Shown here in pieces: positions 29,224 through 38,856 of a DNA stretch of 64,000 nucleotides. Source of the DNA: Promethearchaeota archaeon (lineage in GTDB: Archaea; Asgardarchaeota; Lokiarchaeia; Sigyniarchaeales; SOKP01); contig JBHLNT010000001.1 of the NCBI GenBank assembly GCA_048941265.1, positions 32,001 through 96,000 of the forward strand. Reading direction: 5' to 3'. The first letter of the stretch is position 1; each line of letters opens with the position of its first letter. The notes below the pieces were generated by a model, which ran no database searches, was not told the origin of the DNA, and saw nothing but the letters and a program-made list of their open reading frames with translations. A program made the position numbers and the translations under genes.

Positions 29224-29367
29224 AAAATATCACTTTATATATTTAATTGTAAAATGACTGAAAGCAAAAATTTTTTTGATTTTGTAGACATAATCTAAAT
29301 TTTTCTATAAAAATCTTTCTCATACAAAATATTTAGCAATTTTGTTAAATAATGTTAATATGATGAA

Positions 29368-30135
29368 TTACCCAATATTTGATTTATCTTTAAAGTGGTA
29401 TAGTATTGCAAGGTTATTCCATGCGATTTCATATTTCGAATCAATTTTTAAGGCTTGTTTAAATGCAGATATTGCTTTTTCAGCTTCATCTATATTTTTA
29501 TATGCTATACCAAGTTTATTCCAAACAGTCTTATTGTTCGGATTAATATTTAACGAGCGTTTGAAGAATTTTATAGCATTTAGAAAGTCATTTTTATTGA
29601 AATAATAGATACCTATTTTCTTCCATATTTTTCCGTTAATAGTATTTATATTAAATTCCTGCTTTCCCGGATTTAATGCCTCATATAATTTGTTTATACG
29701 TTTAAGATCTAAGCCATAATAATTCCATTCATTAAATAATTCGGATTTAATTATCATAGCGTGTTCATGAGCCTTGCTTGCTTTATAAAAATCTCCTATT
29801 TTAGTATAAACCTCACTGAGATTTGCCCATCCACTCTTGTTATTGGGATCTATCTCAAATATCCTTTTAAAAACCTCAATCGCCTTATTGTAATCATGAT
29901 TATCAAGATAAACCTCCCCTAAAGCATTGAGAATTTTCATGTTTTTGGGATCAATTTGTAATAAATATTTGAAAATCTCAATGGATTTTTCAAACATTTT
30001 CGCGTATTTATACGCTAATCCAAGGTTAAACCAGATTGGCAAATTTTTTGTGCCCATTTTTAATGCATTACTAATAACACTAAGTTTAATTTCTGGGTTT
30101 TTCTTGTTTTTCTCAGATTTAATTTCAATGGACAT
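29368..30135 (-). CDS. Tetratricopeptide repeat protein
   Basis: Repeated W-x-NLG..Y..A..F..AL..DP units. Confidence 0.9.
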   Translation of the reverse strand: MSIEIKSEKNKKNPEIKLSVISNALKMGTKNLPIWFNLGLAYKYAKMFEKSIEIFKYLLQIDPKNMKILNALGEVYLDNHDYNKAIEVFKRIFEIDPNNKSGWANLSEVYTKIGDFYKASKAHEHAMIIKSELFNEWNYYGLDLKRINKLYEALNPGKQEFNINTINGKIWKKIGIYYFNKNDFLNAIKFFKRSLNINPNNKTVWNKLGIAYKNIDEAEKAISAFKQALKIDSKYEIAWNNLAILYHFKDKSNIG

Positions 30136-30285
30136 CTCTTACCAATTTTAAAAGATTTTCGAGTTTTTGATATTTTTTTAGATTTAACTATTTAAAGACG
30201 CATTATTTTGATTAAAAATCAGAAAGATAAATAAGAACCATTCGCAGTTTGACTTTTATATGATAAAACAAAGAACCGTTAAATC

Positions 30286-31248
30286 TTATTTATAATTTAT
30301 GATAACTACACCTATTAGCACGATTATTGCCCCGATAATATTCAATAGGAGTATGGTCTCCGTTCTTTGAAATAGAAAGGAAAATATTAGTGTAATAAAT
30401 GGCTCTATATATAAAAATGATGCGACCTTTGATGATTGAAGCTTTTTTTGGGAGTAATTCCAGGTATAATATCCAAATACAAAGCAAATTAATCCTAAAT
30501 AAATTCCGCATAGTAAAAGTATAATATTTAGGAAATTAATAAGAAAAATATAAAGCTGATTGCTTATTACAACAAAAATGAACAGCTCTAAGCAACCCAA
30601 ATAGCAAATATATTTTAATATTTTAAAATCTGATTGAATATCATGAAATTTTTCTAAGTGCTTAATAATGGTTGAATAAGTTGCCCACAATATAGGTGTA
30701 AGTAAAATGAATACATATCCAATAAATGATGGTGATGCAGGGGTAAATTTTGATATATCACCTCCCGTAATTAAGAAATATGAGCCTACTGAGGCCAATA
30801 GAAAACCAACAATTTTTAATTTGTTTAATTTTTCTTGAAAAAAAATTAGTGAAAATACCGCAATTATTACTGGTGAAACAAGGCAATCATATAATGCGGG
30901 AATTGAAGGTCCGATTAACTCAACGGCAGAATATAAAAAAAAGAGATAAAGTGAGATTCCTGAAAAACTCGCTAATACAATTAAAATCCAAAAATTTAAC
31001 GATGGCATAGAGTCTATTTCCTGAACTTGAATTTGGGGTATCTTGCATTTTTTTCTCAATTTAAGATAGATATCTAAAATTAAGAATGATAACGAGGCTA
31101 CAAATAAACGATATAATGCTACTGATAATGGCGGGATGTATTCAACTGCTATATGAACTATTATAAATGAGATACCCCAAAAGGTAATCATAAGAATTAA
31201 TAAAACATAAACGAATATAACCTTAAAATTAAAAGAATTAGGATTCAT
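30286..31248 (-). CDS. EamA/DMT family transporter
   Basis: WGISF, YRLFVAS, FFQEKL, FLYIEP; about 10 TMs. Confidence 0.9.
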   Translation of the reverse strand: MNPNSFNFKVIFVYVLLILMITFWGISFIIVHIAVEYIPPLSVALYRLFVASLSFLILDIYLKLRKKCKIPQIQVQEIDSMPSLNFWILIVLASFSGISLYLFFLYSAVELIGPSIPALYDCLVSPVIIAVFSLIFFQEKLNKLKIVGFLLASVGSYFLITGGDISKFTPASPSFIGYVFILLTPILWATYSTIIKHLEKFHDIQSDFKILKYICYLGCLELFIFVVISNQLYIFLINFLNIILLLCGIYLGLICFVFGYYTWNYSQKKLQSSKVASFLYIEPFITLIFSFLFQRTETILLLNIIGAIIVLIGVVIINYK

Positions 31249-32173
31249 AATTAATAATTACTACCGCGATTAAAACGATTATACCTCCTATTATGTTCCA
31301 AACTACAATGACTTCACTTCTTTGAAGTATAAAGGAGAAGAATAGAGTTAAGAATGGTTCAACATAGAGAAATGAAGCTACCTTAGCGGATTTTAAGTTT
31401 TTTTGCGAATATTGCCAAATATAATAACCAATAACATAGCATCCTACACCTAAATAAAGTGCACATAACAAAATCAAAATATTAAAGAAATTTGAAATAA
31501 AAATGTATAATTCTCCATTAATTATGACTAATATAAATAACTCAATGGTGCCAAGATAAGCAGTATATTTTAATAATTTAATGTTAGATTTTTTTCTCGT
31601 AATTTTTTTTGTAACTGTGGCATATACAGCCCACAATAATGGAGTTGAAAGAGCCAAAATATAGCCTATGAAGTTAGGAGATTGCGGAGTGAGATTTTCA
31701 ATATTTCCCCCCGTAACCAAGAAAAAACCGCCAATTGAGGCAATAATAAAACCAGCTATTTTAAGACTAGTTAATTTTTCATTAAAAAAAATTAAAGCTA
31801 ATAAAGTAATAATAACCGGAGCTAACAAACACACAAATAAGGCTGGTAATGAGGGGCCAATCAAACTTATTGCAGTGTATTGAGCAAAAAAGAAGAGAGA
31901 AATACCAGCAAAGCTAGCTATTACAATTAAAGTCCAATCATTTTCATTGAATTTGACATTATCCTCTTTTTGTTGTTTATTATTTACTCCTTTTTTTTTA
32001 TTAATTTTTAAGTAAATATCAATGATTAAAAACGATAATGATGCTACTATGAAGCGGTATAGTGCTATTGATAATGGAGGAATGTAATCTAAAGCAATAT
32101 CCGCGAGGATAAAAGAAAAACCCCAGATAACAATCATTAAAAGTAGTAGAATATAAATCAATAACATCGTCAA
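31238..32173 (-). CDS. EamA/DMT family transporter (tandem paralog)
   Basis: WGFSF, YRFIVAS, FFNEKL, FLYVEP; overlaps its paralog by 11 nt. Confidence 0.9.
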   Translation of the reverse strand: MTMLLIYILLLLMIVIWGFSFILADIALDYIPPLSIALYRFIVASLSFLIIDIYLKINKKKGVNNKQQKEDNVKFNENDWTLIVIASFAGISLFFFAQYTAISLIGPSLPALFVCLLAPVIITLLALIFFNEKLTSLKIAGFIIASIGGFFLVTGGNIENLTPQSPNFIGYILALSTPLLWAVYATVTKKITRKKSNIKLLKYTAYLGTIELFILVIINGELYIFISNFFNILILLCALYLGVGCYVIGYYIWQYSQKNLKSAKVASFLYVEPFLTLFFSFILQRSEVIVVWNIIGGIIVLIAVVIINYES

Positions 32174-32259
32174 TCTTAGAAATTTTTATTAATAGTACAT
32201 TAATCCAATAAATCAAAATTTAAAATTTAAATGGTTTAATTGTTAATAATAAATTAAAT

Positions 32260-32907
32260 TTGTTAATTATATTATCGGAAAGAAATTCGTTGAAAAAGAT
32301 TGCTTTTTCCTTGAATGTTGGACTCATAGGTTCAAATAAATATGCAAATGTATTTGGAAAAAAAGTATTTATAGAATCTTTGAAAAAAATTACTATTAAG
32401 AGCAAACTGCCAAATGATTCTAAAATTACAAAAGTGGGTCCCGAATTATTAATTATCTTTAAAGAGATTCCGATAAAATTGAGAGTATTTTTTGCCGAAA
32501 ATTTTAATGATTTCATTTATGATTATGAAAAAATAAAAAATTTTGATGTAATCATTCTTTTAATAAATATGCGTGATTCAAGCTCGCTTAACTCATTAGA
32601 TAAAGATTCATTTGAAGAATTTAAAGATTATTTCTCCTTTAAGAATGGGATATCTATTTTAGCTGGAATGAATTTTACAGAAGATAGTAATACCGAAAAA
32701 ATCCGCATAAATCGTGATCAACTAATCGAAAAAGCTAAAGAACTAGATGTAATATATGGATATGAAATAACTGCTGATAAGGAAGAGAATTTTAAATTTT
32801 TTAATCGAATTTTAAGTGATTTCATTTTTAAATTTCAATATTCCTCCCCGGAATTATTTGATTTGGCAAAATTATATGGTAAAGAACTTATAGAAAAATC
32901 CATGTAA
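32260..32907 (+). CDS. Degenerate Ras/Rab-fold protein (pseudo-GTPase)
   Basis: Segments match Rab order (LNVGLIG, IKLRVF, FDVIILLINMRDSSSL, ISILAGMN, AKELDVIYGYEITA) but G motifs are absent; TTG 32290 likely start. Confidence 0.6.
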   Translation: MLIILSERNSLKKIAFSLNVGLIGSNKYANVFGKKVFIESLKKITIKSKLPNDSKITKVGPELLIIFKEIPIKLRVFFAENFNDFIYDYEKIKNFDVIILLINMRDSSSLNSLDKDSFEEFKDYFSFKNGISILAGMNFTEDSNTEKIRINRDQLIEKAKELDVIYGYEITADKEENFKFFNRILSDFIFKFQYSSPELFDLAKLYGKELIEKSM

Positions 32908-33069
32908 AAAAAAAAAGAATTTCTTTTTATCATTTTCAAACAAAGCTTCAAATTTAAAATGAATTTTAAAAAGTGTATTTTATAAAAGATTTTAAATCCT
33001 AAAATCAATTAATACATAAATAGTAAAAAAATAAAATGTATAAAAAAGTTAGGAGTCTGATATTTTAAA

Positions 33070-33264
33070 ATGAGTGAAGAACCAGAAGGTATCTTGGAGA
33101 TTGAGAAGACTGAGGGGAGGCGTCGTTGCCCCCGCTGTAATAACGAAAATAAGCTAATGATTCATGAATCCATTGATAAGGAAAATATCGTTATGGATTA
33201 TCCGCGTGTTTACGGAAAGAAATTCAAATGCGGACAATGCGGACAAGAATGGCGTGAAAAATAA
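33070..33264 (+). CDS. Small Zn-ribbon protein
   Basis: CPRC..CGQCGQEW; AGGAG upstream. Confidence 0.75.
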   Translation: MSEEPEGILEIEKTEGRRRCPRCNNENKLMIHESIDKENIVMDYPRVYGKKFKCGQCGQEWREK

Positions 33265-33359
33265 AATATGAATAGTCTTTAAAAAATTCCTTTTTTTACC
33301 TTACTTTTTTTAATCCATTCCACACTTGAGTTTGTAAATATTTAAAACAAGTGTTAACT

Positions 33360-36080
33360 CTATTGATACTTTTTCTTAAGATATTTATCAATAGCTTTCG
33401 CTGTTCTTTTTCCAGCACCCATGGCAGATATCACAGTAGCACTCCCAGTTACTATATCTCCACCAGCAAATACACCCTCTAGGTTGGACTGACCATTCTC
33501 ATCAATTTCAATATAACCCCTTTTATTTAATTTTAGATCAGGGATTGTTTTGATGAGAGTTGGATTGGCTCTAGTTCCAATAGCAATGATAATTGTGTCT
33601 GTTTCTATTAGATACTCTGAGCCCTGAATTGATATGGGACGCCTTCTCCCAGATTCATCAGATTCTCCTAACTCCATCTTAATTACTTCCATAAACCTTA
33701 CATTAGCATTCTCATCCCCTAAGAACCGTACTGGATTTGTTAAAAATTTGAACTCAATCCCTTCCTCTTTAGTATGATGATATTCCTCTTTTCTTGCTGG
33801 CATTTCTACTTCGGATCTTCTATAGACGATAACGACTTTCTCCGCACCTAACCTGAGCGCTGTTCTTGCGGAATCTAAAGCTACGTTACCTCCTCCTATA
33901 ACAGTTACTATTTTGCCAATTTTAATTGGTGTATCATAATCAGGAAATCTATAAGCTTTCATTAAATTTGATCTTGTAAGAAATTCATTTGCCGTTAAAA
34001 CACCGTTTAAATTTAATCCCTCAACATCCATAAGTATCGGTAATCCTGCACCAACTCCTATAAAAAATGCTTTAAATCCCATTTCTTTTAAATCCTCAAG
34101 ATCTAAGGTCTTACCAATAAGAGTATTATATTGAATTTTGACATTTAGCATTTTTAATGTTTCAATTTCATCATTTACAATTTCTTTTGGCAATCTAAAT
34201 TCAGGGATGCCATAGGTGAGCACACCACCTCCAGTATGGAATGCTTCAAAAATGGTAACATCATATCCTTCCATCGCTAATGTTCCGGCACATGTTATAC
34301 CAGCAGGGCCTGAACCAATTACAGCAACTTTAATATCATTAGGGAGTTTACAATCAGGACATTCTTTAAGTCTATTAGTTCTTTCCCAATCAGCAATAAA
34401 TCTCTCCAAATAACCTATAGCTATAGGCTCTCCCAAAGTATTTAATATACAAGTTTGTTCACATTGTATCTCCTGTGGACATACTCTTCCACAAATCGCA
34501 GGTAATAAATTGCGTGATTTAATTTCTCGAAGTGCTTCAAAATATTTCTCTTCTTTTAAAAGATTTATAAATTTAGGAATTCTAATCTTTACAGGACACC
34601 CTTCTACACAAAGAGGTTTACCACATTGTAAACACCTATAGGTTTCTAATTTAACCATCTCTGTAGTTAAACCCTTAGAAACTTCTTCAAAGTTTGTAAT
34701 TCTTATATCTGATTCTTGCTCAATCATGTAAGGCCTATGAAGCTTTCTATATTTATTAATTTTCGACTCCGCTATTCCACTAAGATTAATAAAATTTTTA
34801 TTATCCTCCTGCATTTCGCGTGCAATAATCATATTCAGATCTAATGCTTTTTGAAAAAATTCTGCACCCTTTTCAGTTCGAATTATCACAGTAGACCATC
34901 CATTCCCAGATCCAGCAGAGCCAACTGAAATATCGGCTTGTTCAGCTGTAAAATCATCACAATAGAAACAACCAAATCGACCATATTTTTTAATTCTTTC
35001 TATTGGTATATCATAAACTTTGTTATTTTTATTATAGATAATAAATCTCTCTTTAGTGATGTCCATCTTCTTGATATCCCCCGGTCTACGTAGAAACTCG
35101 TTCTTTAAAAGTTCCACAATTTTCACATAGTCAAACGATTCCATGCAAAAAACTCCGATCTTAATTACAATATTGTCATAAAATGATTTATTTAATGGAT
35201 AGAAAGACATTTTTTTTAGTGCCTCCATTATACAAGGAGTGCCCACCACAGCAATATTCTGGTAATCCTTTAAATCATGTAAAATCTTTAAAGTAGGAGA
35301 ATTTGTATATTTAGTACCCGCAGTTTTTAAAAGATCTTGTTCATTTTCGATAAATACTGGCATAGGTTTTAATGGTTCTACTGCAGTTCCAATAGCTAAA
35401 GCTCCATTAATCAACTTTTGTTGAAACGCCATTTTTAATAATGATGTGACTACTCCCCCATCTTGAGCAACTCTTTTTATTTGAGTATTAGTTGTTTGAG
35501 CTATGTAGATATTATGATAGTAATTAAATTGTTCCAAATACTTTAAAACTGTAGAGCTGCTTTTTTGAGATCTTTTTAAAGTCATAGGAAAGAAAGCTCG
35601 TGGACAACAAGTATAACATAATCCACAATCAATGCAAGCATCGTAATCAATTTCAAAAGTACTCTCATCATAAGCTATAGCTTCTATAGGACAGATTGAT
35701 ACACATAATCCACAGCCACAACAAAGATACGTTTCTCTAATTAAGGAAGCATTAGGAAAAATTCTCTTTTTTTCAAATTCATCAATTTTTTCTTGGAAGA
35801 ATCTCGGATTTTTACCAACATTTTCTAATAATCCTAATTCTTTTAAATACTCTAAATTATAGATTAAAAATTGTCTGGATAGATTTAATTCATTTTTAAG
35901 ATTTTGAATGTCTATAATACCATGTTCCTTGATTTTTTCTAGAATTCTATATCTCTCTTGCTCAGCATCAATTACAGATTTAATGAAATTTTCATATTCA
36001 ATTTCATTATATTTTCCTGCTTTTAGGATTTTATTTTTATTATTTAAAAGTATTTGGATTAAAGGAGTCTGTTCTTCCAT
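33360..36080 (-). CDS. wHTH-ferredoxin-FrhB(F420)-NfnB/GltD-like fusion oxidoreductase, copy 2
   Basis: 2x CxxCxxCxxxCP; FrhB motifs QDGGVVT, AGTKY, VGTPC, FCMESF, ADISVGS; NfnB motifs RCLQC, CGRVCPQE, GSGPAG, GGGNVALD, YRRS, GGDIVTG. Confidence 0.9.
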   Translation of the reverse strand: MEEQTPLIQILLNNKNKILKAGKYNEIEYENFIKSVIDAEQERYRILEKIKEHGIIDIQNLKNELNLSRQFLIYNLEYLKELGLLENVGKNPRFFQEKIDEFEKKRIFPNASLIRETYLCCGCGLCVSICPIEAIAYDESTFEIDYDACIDCGLCYTCCPRAFFPMTLKRSQKSSSTVLKYLEQFNYYHNIYIAQTTNTQIKRVAQDGGVVTSLLKMAFQQKLINGALAIGTAVEPLKPMPVFIENEQDLLKTAGTKYTNSPTLKILHDLKDYQNIAVVGTPCIMEALKKMSFYPLNKSFYDNIVIKIGVFCMESFDYVKIVELLKNEFLRRPGDIKKMDITKERFIIYNKNNKVYDIPIERIKKYGRFGCFYCDDFTAEQADISVGSAGSGNGWSTVIIRTEKGAEFFQKALDLNMIIAREMQEDNKNFINLSGIAESKINKYRKLHRPYMIEQESDIRITNFEEVSKGLTTEMVKLETYRCLQCGKPLCVEGCPVKIRIPKFINLLKEEKYFEALREIKSRNLLPAICGRVCPQEIQCEQTCILNTLGEPIAIGYLERFIADWERTNRLKECPDCKLPNDIKVAVIGSGPAGITCAGTLAMEGYDVTIFEAFHTGGGVLTYGIPEFRLPKEIVNDEIETLKMLNVKIQYNTLIGKTLDLEDLKEMGFKAFFIGVGAGLPILMDVEGLNLNGVLTANEFLTRSNLMKAYRFPDYDTPIKIGKIVTVIGGGNVALDSARTALRLGAEKVVIVYRRSEVEMPARKEEYHHTKEEGIEFKFLTNPVRFLGDENANVRFMEVIKMELGESDESGRRRPISIQGSEYLIETDTIIIAIGTRANPTLIKTIPDLKLNKRGYIEIDENGQSNLEGVFAGGDIVTGSATVISAMGAGKRTAKAIDKYLKKKYQ

Positions 36081-36102
36081 TTTTAGATACCTTAACTTTA
36101 AT

Positions 36103-36132
36103 CTAAGATACCTTACTTTTGTACTTTTCTAA
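36103..36132 (-). repeat. Relic copy of the nfnA 3' end (duplication junction)
   Basis: TTAGAAAAGTACAAAAGTAAGGTATCTTAG vs 38886..38857 TTAGAAAAATACGAAAGTGAGGCATCTTAA, 25/30 identical, all differences transitions. Confidence 0.75.
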
Positions 36133-38855
36133 TGTTTTTTGAAATATTTACTCTTTAGATATTTATCAATAGATTTCGCAGCCCTTTTTCCAGCTCCCAT
36201 AGCGGAAATTACAGTAGCACTTCCAGTTACTATGTCTCCCCCCGCAAATACTCCTTCTAAATTAGTTTGACCATTCTCATCAATTTCTATGTAACCCCAC
36301 TTATTTAATTTTAATTCTGGAATCGATTTAGTTAGAATGGGATTGGCTCTGGTTCCAATAGCAACAATGATCGTGTCGGTTTCTATTAAAAATTCTGAAC
36401 CTTGAATTGGTACGGGGCGCCTTCTTCCAGATTCATCAGGTTCTCCTAATTCCATTTTAATTACTTCCATAAACCTTACATTAGCATTCTCATCACCTAA
36501 AAATCTTACTGGATCTGTTAAAAAATTGAATTCAATCCCCTCTTCTTTAGCATGATGATATTCTTCTTTTCTTGCTGGCATTTCTACTTCTGACCTTCTA
36601 TAAACGATAATTACTCTATCTGCACCAAGCCTGAGGGCGGTTCTTGCTGAATCCAAAGCTACATTGCCTCCTCCTATAACAGTAACAGTTTTTCCAATTT
36701 TGATGGGAGTATCATAATCAGGAAATTTGTATGCTTTCATCAGATTTGCCCGTGTAAGAAATTCATTTGCCGTTAATACCCCGTTTAAATTTAATCCATT
36801 CACCTTTATAAACATCGGTAATCCTGCACCAACTCCTAAAAAAAATGCTTTAAATCCCATTTCTTTTAAATCCTCAAGTTCTAAAGTCTTTCCTATTATA
36901 GCATTATAGTGAATTTTCACATTTAGCATCTTTAATGTTTCAATTTCATCTTTTACAATTTCTTTTGGTAATCTAAATTCAGGTATTCCATAGGTGAGTA
37001 CCCCTCCTCCAGCATGGAATGCTTCAAAAATAGTAACATCATAGCCTTCCATCGCAAGTGATCCAGCGCATGTTAAACCTGCTGGACCTGAACCAATTAT
37101 TGCTACCTTTATACCATTGGGAGGTTTACAATCTGGACATTCTTTAAGTTTATTATTTCTTTCCCAGTCAGCAATAAATCGTTCTAAATAACCTATAGCA
37201 ACAGGTTCACCCAAATCGTTTAATAAACATTGTTTTTCACATTGAATTTCTTGAGGGCAAACTCTTCCACAAATCGCAGGTAATAGATTTCGTGATTTAA
37301 TTTCGTGAATAGCTTCTATAAATTTCTCTTCTCTTAAGAGTTTTATAAAGTTAGGGATTCTGATATTTACAGGACAGCCAATAATACATTGAGGATTCCC
37401 ACATTGCAAGCATCTCTGAGTTTCTAATCTTATCATCTCTAAAGTTAAACCTTTAGGAACTTCTTCAAAATTAGTGGTTCTAATACTTGGCTCTTGTTCA
37501 ATCATTTTTGGTCTGTGTAGCGTCTTATACATCTTTAACTTAGACTTTGCTATCCTACTTAGAGATTTAAAACTTTTACTTTCTTCATCTATTTTCTTAT
37601 TTATTATCATGTGGGATTCGATTGCTTTTTGAAAAAACTCGGCCCCTTTTTTTGTACGAATAATTACTGTTGACCAACCTGGTTCGGAACCAATAGAACC
37701 AACCGAAATATCGGCTTGTTCTGATGTTAAATCATCACAGAAGAAACATCCAAATCTAGCATATTTCTTGATTCTTTTTATGGGAATATCAAACATAGAA
37801 TCATTATTTTGATATATGATTAATTTTCCCTGATTGATATCCATTTTTCTAATATCTTTTGGAGATTGGTGGAACTCATTCTTTAACATTTTAATGATAT
37901 TCTCATAATCAAATGATTCCATACAAAATAAACCTATTTTAAGAACAATGTTATCATAAAATGGCTTATTATTGGGATAAAATGTGAGTTTCTTTAGGGC
38001 TTCCATTATACATGGAGTTCCTACAACTGCCAATCTTTTAATATTCCTGTATCCGTGAAGGATTTGCAGCATTGGAGAATTTGTATATTTAGTTCCTGCT
38101 GTTTTTAAGAGATCTTCCTCATTTTCAATTAATAAAGACCGTGGTTCCAGTGGTTGATCTCCTAATCCTACAGCTAGAGCTCCATCTATTAAATTTTGTT
38201 GAAAGGCCATTTTAAGCAGTGTAGTAACTATTCCACCATCTTGAGCAACTTTCTTTATACGAGAATCAGTGGTTTGGGTGGTATAAATTTCTTGAAAGTA
38301 ATTTATTTGTTCTAAATATTTAATGTTAGGAATATTTTCTTGGGATCTTTTCATTTCCATAGGAAAAAAGGTACGTGGACAACACGCATAGCATAGTCCA
38401 CAATCAATACATATTTTATCATCAATTTCAAAAGTTCCTTTACCGTAACTAATTGCATCAACAGGGCAGACTGAAACGCATAAACCACAGCCACAACAGA
38501 GCTTTTTCTCTCTAATTATTAAAGCGTTAGGGAAGATTTGATTTTTTTTGAATATATCAATTGTCTCTTGAAAAAATCTTGGTGTTTCGCCAATAAAATT
38601 TAAACATCCACATGCCTTTAGATATTCAATGTTGTATAATAGCGTTTTTTCAGATAAATTTAACTCTTTTCTCAATCTTTCAATATCTAATGTTCCTAAT
38701 TCTTCAATTTTTTTTAAAATTAAAGTTCTCTCTCTTTCGGCTTGAGATAATGAATTAACTAAGTCGTTGTATTCCGTTTCATTATATTTTCCAGCATGTA
38801 GTATTTTTTCTTTATTATTAATTAACAAATTAATTAAAGCAACTTCTCTTTCCAT
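36129..38855 (-). CDS. wHTH-ferredoxin-FrhB(F420)-NfnB/GltD-like fusion oxidoreductase, copy 1
   Basis: Colinear paralog of 33360..36080; ATG 38855 lies 1 nt after the nfnA stop and matches the paralog start (ORF track starts at GTG 38870). Confidence 0.9.
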   Translation of the reverse strand: MEREVALINLLINNKEKILHAGKYNETEYNDLVNSLSQAERERTLILKKIEELGTLDIERLRKELNLSEKTLLYNIEYLKACGCLNFIGETPRFFQETIDIFKKNQIFPNALIIREKKLCCGCGLCVSVCPVDAISYGKGTFEIDDKICIDCGLCYACCPRTFFPMEMKRSQENIPNIKYLEQINYFQEIYTTQTTDSRIKKVAQDGGIVTTLLKMAFQQNLIDGALAVGLGDQPLEPRSLLIENEEDLLKTAGTKYTNSPMLQILHGYRNIKRLAVVGTPCIMEALKKLTFYPNNKPFYDNIVLKIGLFCMESFDYENIIKMLKNEFHQSPKDIRKMDINQGKLIIYQNNDSMFDIPIKRIKKYARFGCFFCDDLTSEQADISVGSIGSEPGWSTVIIRTKKGAEFFQKAIESHMIINKKIDEESKSFKSLSRIAKSKLKMYKTLHRPKMIEQEPSIRTTNFEEVPKGLTLEMIRLETQRCLQCGNPQCIIGCPVNIRIPNFIKLLREEKFIEAIHEIKSRNLLPAICGRVCPQEIQCEKQCLLNDLGEPVAIGYLERFIADWERNNKLKECPDCKPPNGIKVAIIGSGPAGLTCAGSLAMEGYDVTIFEAFHAGGGVLTYGIPEFRLPKEIVKDEIETLKMLNVKIHYNAIIGKTLELEDLKEMGFKAFFLGVGAGLPMFIKVNGLNLNGVLTANEFLTRANLMKAYKFPDYDTPIKIGKTVTVIGGGNVALDSARTALRLGADRVIIVYRRSEVEMPARKEEYHHAKEEGIEFNFLTDPVRFLGDENANVRFMEVIKMELGEPDESGRRRPVPIQGSEFLIETDTIIVAIGTRANPILTKSIPELKLNKWGYIEIDENGQTNLEGVFAGGDIVTGSATVISAMGAGKRAAKSIDKYLKSKYFKKH

Positions 38856-38856
38856 T

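Noticed and set aside
33360-38855. Duplicated fusion genes as an assembly artefact
   Set aside because: The copies differ at many synonymous and non-synonymous sites throughout, so the duplication is real and old
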